This document shows positions 1-8,462 of a stretch of 30,936 bases of DNA, in pieces. Under the pieces are notes generated by a model. That model saw only the letters and a list, made by a program, of their open reading frames with translations. It was not told the DNA's origin and searched no databases. Position numbers and translations under genes: made by a program. The DNA comes from a virus (lineage: Duplodnaviria > Heunggongvirae > Uroviricota > Caudoviricetes), in the IMG/VR virus record IMGVR_UViG_2671180778_000015; one strand, written 5' to 3'. Every line of letters starts with the position of its first letter. The first letter of the stretch is position 1.

Positions 1-219
1 TCACATCCACATAATTTGCTGCCCTGATGGTAACGGGTGCGGCCTTACGGCGTGGACTTCTCCCGGCTTCACGATGTATCGCTGTACCGACTCATAAGTG
101 ATGAACGTGGCGCTGCAATTCACGTTCTGGCACTGGTGATAACGCTCTTTTGTCGTGTCAGTGATATAGCGACTTGTACGCGCATGTGCGGCATGCTGGC
201 ATAAAGGACAATGAAACAT
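1..219 (-). CDS. ogr: Ogr late-gene transcription activator (Cys4 zinc finger), 72 aa
   Basis: ORF 1..282 contains the sequence MFHCPLCQHAAHARTSRYITDTTKERYHQCQ...SGQQIMWM that I recognise as P2 Ogr; start trimmed to the internal ATG (plus-strand cat at 217-219) to give 72 aa; sits next to D as in P2. Confidence 0.9.
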   Translation of the reverse strand: MFHCPLCQHAAHARTSRYITDTTKERYHQCQNVNCSATFITYESVQRYIVKPGEVHAVRPHPLPSGQQIMWM

Positions 220-300
220 CGCGAGCACCTCTTCCGGTTTTGTTGATGGTGCCATTTTAGTTAATTTACCCTTATAAAACAAACAGATAAAAACAAAACA

Positions 301-1464
301 TTACTCATCACCTTCTGTTTCGTACTCCACATCAGAAAGCATGACCTCAAGCTCTAAGGACGTCGTGAAGCCGCTATTATTCAGAAAGTGTGTCACCTTA
401 GTGATTGTCCAGTCCTGCTCGTCTATGACGCGCTTAAAACCTGACACTTTGACCGGCGTTTCCGTGTAAATATCTGCCCGACCAGTAGCCAGACTGATGG
501 AGAACTCCGCTACACCCCGTTGCAGTTTATCCCACTTCGCCTGAGCGGCGCGCATGGCCTGTGCTTTCGTGGCATATACCGTGGTCAGTGCAAAAACGTT
601 GTCAGCCTCACCTGCCATGTATTCACCTTCGCGCGCTTCCGGTACTTTTGGCGCTTTCTTCTGCGTGACCGGTTTCGCTTTCGGGTGCTCCAGTGCGCGC
701 AGGTGTTTCTCTTTCTTTTTGCGTTTCAGTTTTACCTTCTGCTTTTGTGGCTTCGGGTCTTTGGTGTGTAACCACTTTGCCGTTACGCCGGTATAGGCTC
801 CACGGTCAGCAATCGCAAAATGATGGCGGTCGCCGTCGCTGCGGGTTATGGTGACCTGCGGGATTTTTTTACCACTGGCCGTCACCCCCTGCCCCGCTTT
901 GAGAAACAACAGTTTTCCCATTTTTACCGACACCTCTCCGCCGTTGCGTTCTGCAAGACGGGTCAGGAATTTCGCATCAGACTCCTGCGACTGGTCGATG
1001 TGCGGAATTTTAATTCCGGCCAGTGACGGCGCGACACTGGCTTCCAGCCTGTTACGGGAGGCTATCGCCTCAACAATTGCACCGAGCATGGTGTCATGCC
1101 ATGAGCCTTCACGGCGGGAATTGAGCGTCCCGCGAAAATCTGCACTCCGGGCGCGGATGGTGACCACATCCGGTGTGCCCCGGTGTTCAACCTCATCAAC
1201 GGTAAATTTCCCTTTGCATACCAGGGCAAAACCTTTCCAGCCGATATACACCGTCAGGACAGCGCCACGAACCGGCAGCCCGACCTGCCCGTCGGCATCG
1301 TTCAGTTCAATATCAAGCTGGTCAGCCTCAAAGCCCCGGTTATCCGTCAGGGTCATGCTCATCAGACGGTCACTGATATTGCCGGTAATATCCCTGCTGT
1401 CGAGCATCAGCATGTAATCCGGCGTCAGCGTACTGCCTGCATCAAATGTCAGCGCATCCAGCAT
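301..1464 (-). CDS. D: tail protein D (late control gene D protein), 387 aa
   Basis: 387 aa, same length as P2 gpD; N-terminus MLDALTFDAGSTLTPDYMLMLDSRDITG recognised; lies between ogr and U; ATG confirmed at 1462-1464. Confidence 0.9.
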   Translation of the reverse strand: MLDALTFDAGSTLTPDYMLMLDSRDITGNISDRLMSMTLTDNRGFEADQLDIELNDADGQVGLPVRGAVLTVYIGWKGFALVCKGKFTVDEVEHRGTPDVVTIRARSADFRGTLNSRREGSWHDTMLGAIVEAIASRNRLEASVAPSLAGIKIPHIDQSQESDAKFLTRLAERNGGEVSVKMGKLLFLKAGQGVTASGKKIPQVTITRSDGDRHHFAIADRGAYTGVTAKWLHTKDPKPQKQKVKLKRKKKEKHLRALEHPKAKPVTQKKAPKVPEAREGEYMAGEADNVFALTTVYATKAQAMRAAQAKWDKLQRGVAEFSISLATGRADIYTETPVKVSGFKRVIDEQDWTITKVTHFLNNSGFTTSLELEVMLSDVEYETEGDE

Positions 1465-1943
1465 TATCCCGCCCCCGTCATACCCGTGAATTTAGTCGCC
1501 ATACTGCCAGCCTTACCGATGAGCGACTCCGCCTGTTTACCGATATCGCCATAAAGCGCGGCCAGTGATTCATCAACGCGGGTGAGCGACAGCGTAAAAT
1601 CAATTTTCCGGGGTGTGCCGTCTGCAAAGAAAATACTCCCTGTTTCACTCACCCTGCTGATGACATACATGCCGTAAATCATGCCGGTGCCATCCAGCAA
1701 CGGCCACGCCCGGCCTTCCTCTGCCATCAGCCTGAGCGTGGTCATCGTCAGCTTGCCGCCGGTCAGTTCGGGATAAAGCACGCCGGCAAGCGTAATGTTT
1801 TCCTCACCCACACCGAGAAACTGAAAGGCATCCCGTTTACCGATACGGGAATTTGACGGCCAGCGATAATCTGATTCACGCTGCATGGTCTGGTGTGGCA
1901 GCGTCTGGCGCATAAAAACAAACATACCTAACGCGAGCATCAT
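1464..1943 (-). CDS. U: tail protein U, 159 aa
   Basis: 159 aa as P2 gpU; position between T and D; its stop overlaps the D start. Confidence 0.88.
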   Translation of the reverse strand: MMLALGMFVFMRQTLPHQTMQRESDYRWPSNSRIGKRDAFQFLGVGEENITLAGVLYPELTGGKLTMTTLRLMAEEGRAWPLLDGTGMIYGMYVISRVSETGSIFFADGTPRKIDFTLSLTRVDESLAALYGDIGKQAESLIGKAGSMATKFTGMTGAG

Positions 1944-1957
1944 TTTTCGTCACCTCC

Positions 1958-4405
1958 TTAACCGTCATGCATCATGCTGGCACGGGCGCGCGCACGTTTA
2001 TCCCGCTCGTATTTTTCGAGCGCATCCTGTAACTGGCGGTCAAGCTGTGTCCCCGGCGCAGTACCACCCGTCAGGCTGATGTGATATTCGTTTTTACTCT
2101 GGTCTACATAAGAGCGGCCAGCCGGTGCCGTGACCGGCTGATAAGCCTGATACCCCGTATAAGAGCTGGTCGCCGGAATATAACCACCGGTGCCATACGT
2201 GGCGGCATGAGTTCTGGCGGCAGTCTGGTCAAGTGTGTCTGACTCTTTGTTGATGACCCCGAGCTTTTCCAGTACCCAGTCAATGCCGCTGCGCAGTTTG
2301 TTGAACGCATTAAGCGGCAGCATCAGCGCGTCAGCCAGTGCCTGCCCGAACATGACGCCCGTGTCACGGCAACGGTTCAGGGTGTCCTGGGTGGCTTTGA
2401 CCGGGGCAATCAGGTTTTTAAACCACTGCCACGCGGCCTGTAACTTTTCACCTAGCCAGTCAAACACCGGCTTAAGTGGCGTGAACAGTTCCCCCACCGG
2501 CGCAAATGCCGCTTTCAGCCCTTCCACCACACCGCCAAAGAATGCGCTGACAGGCTCCCAGTATTTACGGATAAGCAACGCCCCGGCGACAATTGCAGCC
2601 ACCACGGCCACAACCGGCCAGCTAATCGCCCCGATGGCCGTCATAACGGCACTGCCAACCGTCGTGAAGATTGCCCCCATTGCGCCTGCTGCCGCGATAA
2701 TGGCATTGATGCCGGTGATAACCGGCCAGGCTACAAGACCAATGGCACCGATGATGCCAATAAGCGCCAGCGCGCCACCGACAATGAGGCCGATGGTTGA
2801 CGCCAGTGATTTGTTTTTCTGGATCCAGCCGTCGAGTTTTAACACATACTTTGTGGCCGTCTGTGTGAGCTTACGCAGTGCGCCTTCCTGCTGGTCAAAC
2901 AGGTCAGTCCCCACCGCCTCATAAGCGGACTGAAACTCCTTAAAGTCACCGCCGAGGTTATCCTGCATGATTTTAACCAGCTCTTCCGTTTTACCGTCCG
3001 AGGCTTTCAGCGTGGCGGTCAGCGTATCCAGTTTTCCGCTTGCTGCCGCTGCCAGTAAAACGTTCGCTGATTTCAGGGCTTCCTCACCAAAAATGGTTTT
3101 AAGGTATTCCCCCTTCTGAGACGTTCCCAGCTTGTGTTTATCAAAGCTGGCCTGAATCTCTTTCAGAATGGTGAACAACGGGCGCATATTTCCCTTTTTG
3201 TCCGAGGTTTTAACGCCAAGCTCTTTGAGTGCATCCCATGCTTTCCCTGTCGGAGCCTGTAATCGGGTGACAACGGCACTGCTACCCGTACCCGCCATTG
3301 ACCCCCTGATGTTATTGTCATGCAGCACACCTGTCATGGCTGCTGCCTGCTCAAGACTTACACCTGCCGTCTTCGCAACCGGGCCGAGATAAGTCAGTGC
3401 ATCACTGAGTCCCTGAAAATCAGCCGCCGACTTATTCATCGTTGCCGACAACACGTCGCCCACATGACTGACATCATCATTTGACAGTTGAAAGGATGCC
3501 TTAGTCCCCAGCAACAGTTGCGCGTTTTCTTCCATCGACCGCTGATTCGCCAGTGCCATATTCAGCGTGACCGGCGTTGCCGCCTGAATAGCCGCAGCAT
3601 CTCCACCGGCTTTCGCAATGATAATCTGTGCACCGGCCGCATCATCCGCCGAGGCGGCGGTATTGTCGCCGAGCTGGCGCGCCTGTTTGCGTAGTGCGGT
3701 CATTTCGGCGGAGTCTTTTGCCACTCCGAGCACGGCCTGCAATTCTGAGTTTTTCTGCGCAAACTCATAACCGGGCATCAGCAACTTAACTCCGGCCATC
3801 GTTCCCGCCGCCGCAATTCCCACACCGGCAGCGCCCACTGAGGCCATATTTCCGGCCAGTTCCTTTCCGGCCTGATAACGCTGTTTGACTGCGTTAAGTT
3901 TTGCCTGTTGCGCACTGACACGCGCCAGCGCGTCACGCTGCCGGTTAAGCTGGGCGGTGGTTTCACTGATACGGTTTTTCAGTCCCTGCTCATCATGTGC
4001 AAGATTGCGGGTATTAATTCCCACAACGGCCAGTTCCTGCTGCTGGCGTTTAACGGAATCCGTCAGGCGGTTATATTTCGCCTGTAAGTCCTCCGCCGCA
4101 CGCTTCGCGGATTCCAGCACTTTCGCCTGAGCACGTGTCGGACGTTCGGTGTTTTTAAACTGTGTGGCAAGGGCTTCGGCCTCCTGCCGAGCCTTTTCAA
4201 GTGCATGACCAGTCACGGCGAGTTGTGCACTGGTCTTGCGAAATCCCTCAATACGGGATGCCTGACCGTTCAGCTCGCGCAGTGATTTTTGTGTTTCCCG
4301 GATATCCCCCGACAGCGATTTGCTCGCTGTGCGGATGGATTTAAACGGGCGGGATGCCTGGTCAACAGCCCTGAGCAATACCTGTAATTTTACATTGTTA
4401 CTCAT
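1958..4405 (-). CDS. T: tail tape measure protein T, 815 aa
   Basis: 815 aa as P2 gpT; long coiled-coil-like Ala/Gln/Leu-rich N-terminal half and Gly/Ala-rich hydrophobic stretch typical of tape measure proteins; ATG at 4403-4405 overlaps the end of the E' frame (ATGAGTAA). Confidence 0.9.
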   Translation of the reverse strand: MSNNVKLQVLLRAVDQASRPFKSIRTASKSLSGDIRETQKSLRELNGQASRIEGFRKTSAQLAVTGHALEKARQEAEALATQFKNTERPTRAQAKVLESAKRAAEDLQAKYNRLTDSVKRQQQELAVVGINTRNLAHDEQGLKNRISETTAQLNRQRDALARVSAQQAKLNAVKQRYQAGKELAGNMASVGAAGVGIAAAGTMAGVKLLMPGYEFAQKNSELQAVLGVAKDSAEMTALRKQARQLGDNTAASADDAAGAQIIIAKAGGDAAAIQAATPVTLNMALANQRSMEENAQLLLGTKASFQLSNDDVSHVGDVLSATMNKSAADFQGLSDALTYLGPVAKTAGVSLEQAAAMTGVLHDNNIRGSMAGTGSSAVVTRLQAPTGKAWDALKELGVKTSDKKGNMRPLFTILKEIQASFDKHKLGTSQKGEYLKTIFGEEALKSANVLLAAAASGKLDTLTATLKASDGKTEELVKIMQDNLGGDFKEFQSAYEAVGTDLFDQQEGALRKLTQTATKYVLKLDGWIQKNKSLASTIGLIVGGALALIGIIGAIGLVAWPVITGINAIIAAAGAMGAIFTTVGSAVMTAIGAISWPVVAVVAAIVAGALLIRKYWEPVSAFFGGVVEGLKAAFAPVGELFTPLKPVFDWLGEKLQAAWQWFKNLIAPVKATQDTLNRCRDTGVMFGQALADALMLPLNAFNKLRSGIDWVLEKLGVINKESDTLDQTAARTHAATYGTGGYIPATSSYTGYQAYQPVTAPAGRSYVDQSKNEYHISLTGGTAPGTQLDRQLQDALEKYERDKRARARASMMHDG

Positions 4406-4825
4406 TCGTGTTTCCGCTTCGCCGGAGCGCCTTTTCGCGCCATGTGATGAGTTCGGTCAGGCTCATGGGATACAGTTCTGATGGCGGCCAGTGAAATATC
4501 ACTGCCACATCTGCCATCAGGTCATCGACCGACAGATTTTTCGGAAACGTCACTGCACCGAGTTCGGAGACAAAAAACCGACCACCTTACCGGCCAGCGC
4601 CACAAGGTCAGGCAGTTCCAGCGCGGCGACCTCCTGCTCGGTCAGCATCGGTGCCGTCATGCGCGGCAGCACTTTAATCAGTGCATCGACTTCGGAGTTT
4701 GCGACCGCAGCCAGACTGACACCGCGCAGCGTCCCGGCATTGGGTTTCATCAGCGTGACCTGTTCGATAACCTGCTCACCACGCTTGACCGGATTGTCCA
4801 GGGTAATCACATTTTCTTTGTTCAT
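4398..4825 (-). CDS. E': tail assembly chaperone E+E' (programmed -1 frameshift extension of E), about 142 aa
   Basis: Slippery heptamer TTTTTTG on the minus strand (plus coordinates about 4574-4580, codons ggt ttt ttg of E). Hand translation of the -1 frame after the slip gives VSELGAVTFPKNLSVDDLMADVAVIFHWPPSELYPMSLTELITWREKALRRSGNTNE and stops at TAA (plus 4398-4400), 8 nt inside the T gene. Total about 142 aa, as for P2 E+E'. Confidence 0.8.
4550..4825 (-). CDS. E: tail assembly chaperone E, 91 aa
   Basis: 91 aa as P2 gpE; sequence MNKENVITLDNPVKRGEQVIEQVTLMKPNAG... recognised; between FII and T. Confidence 0.9.
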   Translation of the reverse strand: MNKENVITLDNPVKRGEQVIEQVTLMKPNAGTLRGVSLAAVANSEVDALIKVLPRMTAPMLTEQEVAALELPDLVALAGKVVGFLSPNSVQ

Positions 4826-4881
4826 GGTTTTCTCACTTATGAATCGGGGTTAACCGGTCAGCCAGGCTGACCGGATGAAAA

Positions 4882-5400
4882 TCACAGGCCGATATTGCGG
4901 CGGTGTTGCTCCAGCCGGTCGACGCCGTTCACCTTCTCAATCATGTTGATGGTGTCGATTTCGACCAGCTCCTTACCTTCCATCGTCAGCCGGAAATAGG
5001 TGCAGACCACGGAGATTTTCGACTCGGTGTCTTCTCCCTGTTTGCCCTCGCCGGTGTCGATTTCTTTCTGACGTCCACGCATGACCACCTCGACGGCCAC
5101 CGTTTCGCCGGTATCGTCGCGCTGGTAAGAGCCTGCAAAACGAATCGGTACGGCATCCACACCGGTTGCGGCGTAAAGCTCCCAGATAACCGAATCCGGG
5201 AAGCCACCGAGCGACCACTCCATTGACAGCGCATCGTCATCAAGGCCGAGGTCTACCGGTGCGCTGCCGTTCATCCCCGCACCGCGATAGTTTTCGAGCT
5301 TACGGGTCAGTTTTGGTAGCGTGACGGACTTCGCGACGCCCTGATAGCTGTAGCCGTTCAGAAAGACGTTCATTAACTTGAGTTTGCGCGGCATTGCCAT
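4882..5400 (-). CDS. FII: tail tube protein FII, 172 aa
   Basis: 172 aa as P2 gpFII; immediately downstream of FI; ATG verified. Confidence 0.9.
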   Translation of the reverse strand: MAMPRKLKLMNVFLNGYSYQGVAKSVTLPKLTRKLENYRGAGMNGSAPVDLGLDDDALSMEWSLGGFPDSVIWELYAATGVDAVPIRFAGSYQRDDTGETVAVEVVMRGRQKEIDTGEGKQGEDTESKISVVCTYFRLTMEGKELVEIDTINMIEKVNGVDRLEQHRRNIGL

Positions 5401-5412
5401 CGGTCAGGCTCC

Positions 5413-6603
5413 TTAATTGCTGTTAACCGAGGTGACCAGATTTGCCAGGTATTTATCGGTAATACGCTGGCGCAGGGTCAGGTTTTCGAGAGGAGGCACC
5501 GGGGTATAGTCGTAGTCGATATACAGTTTTCCGGCCTTAAGGGTTTCCGCATCGTTGGATTCTTCGCTGAACCAGCAGGTCGCATCCACGATATAGCCGT
5601 TTGTTTTCAGCTCACGGAATTTGGCATTGATGCCGTCAACGATGTCGCGAATCAGCGTTGCGGTGATGGGCTTGTCCACCGCCCACATATGCGCCTCAGC
5701 CATCGTGTCGGCCAGCACCTGCGCGGTGCGGGTGTAGTTTTCAAAGATGAACAGCGGGTCATCAGAGCAGGTACGGTTACCCCAGAAGCGGAAACCGTCG
5801 CGGCGAATCAGCGTTGTGACGCCTGACTCGTTCAGCAGGTCAGCATCGGTGCCGGACTCCTGCAAATCCCAGAATACAGAGGTGCTGATGCCGGTAACAC
5901 CGTTCACCCCGACATTGGACAGCGTTTTATGCCAGCCCTGCTCCTGGTCAATTCTGGCTCGCAGACCCAGCGCACGGGCGGTGGCATATGCGGTGGCGGT
6001 GGTACTGGTGACCGTATCCCATGCGAGGAAATCCGGCCAGATGACCATCAGCTCACGCTGGCTGAAATTCTGGCGGTAGGCTTTCACCTCGGAAATGGTC
6101 TTACAGCCCCATGCGCTGATATATCCGAAAGCGCGCAGCTTCTGACAGACTGATGCCAGTGCAACAGCCACCTCTTTGGTATCCAGCCCCGGCACACCAA
6201 GAATACGCGGTTTAACACCGGTTACCGACTCTGCCGCCAGCAGAGCTTTCAGTCCGGTGTACTGACCATTTTCGTCGGTGGTGCCGATGATATTGGAAAC
6301 GGTCTGCGCGAGTTTCGTTTCTTCGTCGTCGCCGGTGCCGTCTTCCACACGCACGACAACGGTGACCGGTTTTGACTGGTCAGCGATGGCCTGCAGCGAC
6401 GCCGCCAGCGTGCCTTTTTTACCGGCCTTTGCAATTGCGCTCTGCACATTGGTAATCAGCACCGGTTTATTGAGGGGGAAGATTTCCGCCTCCGCATCGC
6501 TGGCCGTGCAGACCATGCCGACAATGGCAGTGGATACAGTGGAAATGACGCGGGTGCCGTCGTTAATCTCCAGCACCTGCACGCCATGATGATAGTCGCT
6601 CAT
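5413..6603 (-). CDS. FI: contractile tail sheath protein FI, 396 aa
   Basis: 396 aa as P2 gpFI; sequence MSDYHHGVQVLEINDGTRVISTVSTAIVGMV recognised; ATG verified at 6601-6603. Confidence 0.92.
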   Translation of the reverse strand: MSDYHHGVQVLEINDGTRVISTVSTAIVGMVCTASDAEAEIFPLNKPVLITNVQSAIAKAGKKGTLAASLQAIADQSKPVTVVVRVEDGTGDDEETKLAQTVSNIIGTTDENGQYTGLKALLAAESVTGVKPRILGVPGLDTKEVAVALASVCQKLRAFGYISAWGCKTISEVKAYRQNFSQRELMVIWPDFLAWDTVTSTTATAYATARALGLRARIDQEQGWHKTLSNVGVNGVTGISTSVFWDLQESGTDADLLNESGVTTLIRRDGFRFWGNRTCSDDPLFIFENYTRTAQVLADTMAEAHMWAVDKPITATLIRDIVDGINAKFRELKTNGYIVDATCWFSEESNDAETLKAGKLYIDYDYTPVPPLENLTLRQRITDKYLANLVTSVNSN

Positions 6604-6703
6604 CCGTTTAACTCCGTGGTTAATGGGTGCAACTATTTTCTGTTGGGTAGTGCATGAGACGCTATTTGACCTGGCTGGTCAGTGGATGAAACAACAGACA
6701 AAG

Positions 6704-6726
6704 AAAAGGCGGGTAATCCGCCTGCC
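6704..6726 (-). terminator. hairpin plus T-run terminator downstream of the Z/fun-locus cargo gene
   Basis: Plus strand aaaaGGCGGgtaatCCGCCtgcctgtcttt; on the minus strand the GGCGG/CCGCC stem is followed by TTTT. Lies between the cargo ORF stop (6970) and the FI start (6603). Confidence 0.5.
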
Positions 6727-6969
6727 TGTCTTTATCTGTACTTACTCAGTTTCCAACTGAAAATTAATATAGCCAGAACGCTAGACAATGAATCACTCGC
6801 AGAGCGTTTTAACCAGTGTTACACCCACAGGCTGAACTCACAGTGAAAAGCAAATATGGGATATTTTCCTCGTTTAAATGTTCAGTCAGGTCATTGCAAA
6901 AATCATGCACTACTGGAGATTAACCAGAGCCAAGACATAATCTCTTAGCTCTGTTTATATTTAGGTACA

Positions 6970-7674
6970 TTATTCTTGTTTTTTTGGTGGCCTTGAGTGT
7001 TTTTCTGGTAGTTTTTCTACGATTTTAAAAATGTTATTATCTTTTAGTATTGTTCGCATTACAAAGCTTTCTATAACAGCCAAAAGCGATTTAAATTCAT
7101 CTTCGCTCGGTGCCCATGCCCTATGTGCAGCTGAGTTGCCAGCTTCAGTTACAATTTTAAGTTGCTCTTTTTCTTTTTCCCCGATAAAACCTTCATCTTT
7201 GAGAATATCAACTTTCTGGCTTAATGTATGCCCGGGGTGAATATCCAGAACCTCAACAGTTCTGTCAAAAATAGTTCTAAGCCCAATCGCCGCCAAAATG
7301 AATGATTTATTTTGAAATGCGATATACATTTCGTTCATTATTACATATAGCTGATAATCTTTGCTTAGCACCTCACCAAACCAATCAGGTCTAATTTCAT
7401 CCTGTTCTTGAGCAGGATATATTGATATATGCTCGTTATATATCATAAAATCATGCCCCGAGCCATCCCTTTCTATGTCGTAATCTTCACTGTGACGGGA
7501 CTTTATATATGTAAATATTCCATCACACCCCATACACTCTAATAAATTATATTCACTCTCAGCCCAAAAATAGTTATCCCCATCATTTTTACTCCACTCT
7601 CTTTTTTTATGACCTATTGTGAGACAATTTTTTTCACCTTTACAGTATGGGCAAGGTGCTTTAATTTTTTCCAT
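6970..7674 (-). CDS. cargo (moron) protein at the Z/fun position: N-terminal Cys4 zinc ribbon (CPYC...CMGC) plus C-terminal domain of unknown function, 234 aa
   Basis: ORF in a visibly AT-rich about 1.3 kb insert between FI and G, the known P2 Z/fun accessory locus. ATG at 7672-7674. Four Cys in two CxxC pairs (residues 8/11 and 47/50). C-terminal motif GNSAAHRAW faintly recalls a DUF4145/Abi-like signature (not verified). No resemblance to P2 backbone proteins. Confidence 0.6.
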   Translation of the reverse strand: MEKIKAPCPYCKGEKNCLTIGHKKREWSKNDGDNYFWAESEYNLLECMGCDGIFTYIKSRHSEDYDIERDGSGHDFMIYNEHISIYPAQEQDEIRPDWFGEVLSKDYQLYVIMNEMYIAFQNKSFILAAIGLRTIFDRTVEVLDIHPGHTLSQKVDILKDEGFIGEKEKEQLKIVTEAGNSAAHRAWAPSEDEFKSLLAVIESFVMRTILKDNNIFKIVEKLPEKHSRPPKKQE

Positions 7675-7931
7675 GATAATTACTTTCCGCTTGAGTTAAC
7701 ATAGATACAGCATACATGCCAATAGGTTACAAATGATAACTTGACTGTATGTTTTACCACAATAATGTTTATGTGAAGTAGTTACAAGCATCCCTTTTTC
7801 TTTACCGTAGATTATTTGCATTTATTAACACTGAATTGGGGCATAATTTCCGCATTTGGCACAGGGCAGACCGCCAGATTGGGTTCTACACTGTGCTATA
7901 GATGCGTAACCCCACATCAGAGCTAATACAT

Positions 7932-8459
7932 CTATTGCGGCATTTCCGGCCATTCAGGATTTGCAGGATCCACACGACTGACCAGAACGCTGTAGCGTTC
8001 CCATGCTTCCAGTCGTGTGCGCTCCTCCTCTGTTGCCATATTCAGCCTGACAGCGCGCTCCAGCGGCAAAATCACGGATTCAGCATCTGCAAGAAGTCTG
8101 GCTTTCCGAATTTCTGCCTGCTGCTGTAATTCCTCTGCCGTATAAATGCGTTTAATCACTTTGCCGTCCTTAAACATCCAGCCCCCTGAAATATCCGCCC
8201 GTCGGTTAGCAGTAATATCCGGCACTTCAACAACACTTAATCCATCCGGTCTGATAGCTGTCACATCCTTTTCCACATAGCGGATAATATTATCTTTGTC
8301 GTACGCTATTTTTATCGTGTCATCAGCAAAATACTTTTGTTCTTCGTACCAGTTCTTACCATCTTCTGAAAAAAACCAGACAACATCAAAGTCCTTTGTC
8401 AATTGATATTGTCCAACCGTTTTTGGATTACCTGCCGTTATATTTATCAAATGCTGCAT
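7932..8459 (-). CDS. G: tail fiber assembly chaperone G, 175 aa
   Basis: 175 aa as P2 gpG; immediately downstream of tail fiber gene H; ATG verified. Confidence 0.85.
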   Translation of the reverse strand: MQHLINITAGNPKTVGQYQLTKDFDVVWFFSEDGKNWYEEQKYFADDTIKIAYDKDNIIRYVEKDVTAIRPDGLSVVEVPDITANRRADISGGWMFKDGKVIKRIYTAEELQQQAEIRKARLLADAESVILPLERAVRLNMATEEERTRLEAWERYSVLVSRVDPANPEWPEMPQ

Positions 8460-8462
8460 AAA

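Noticed and set aside
848-1417. 189-aa plus-strand ORF (and neighbours 520..771, 554..796, 1183..1554) inside the D gene region
   Set aside because: Antisense shadow ORFs inside the well-supported gpD coding sequence; Ser/Arg/Pro-rich low-complexity translations typical of out-of-frame GC-rich DNA.
2235-2924. 229-aa plus-strand ORF antisense to tape measure gene T
   Set aside because: Lies entirely within T on the opposite strand; the Ala/Ser/Thr/Pro-rich translation reflects the reverse complement of T's Ala/Gly-rich codons.
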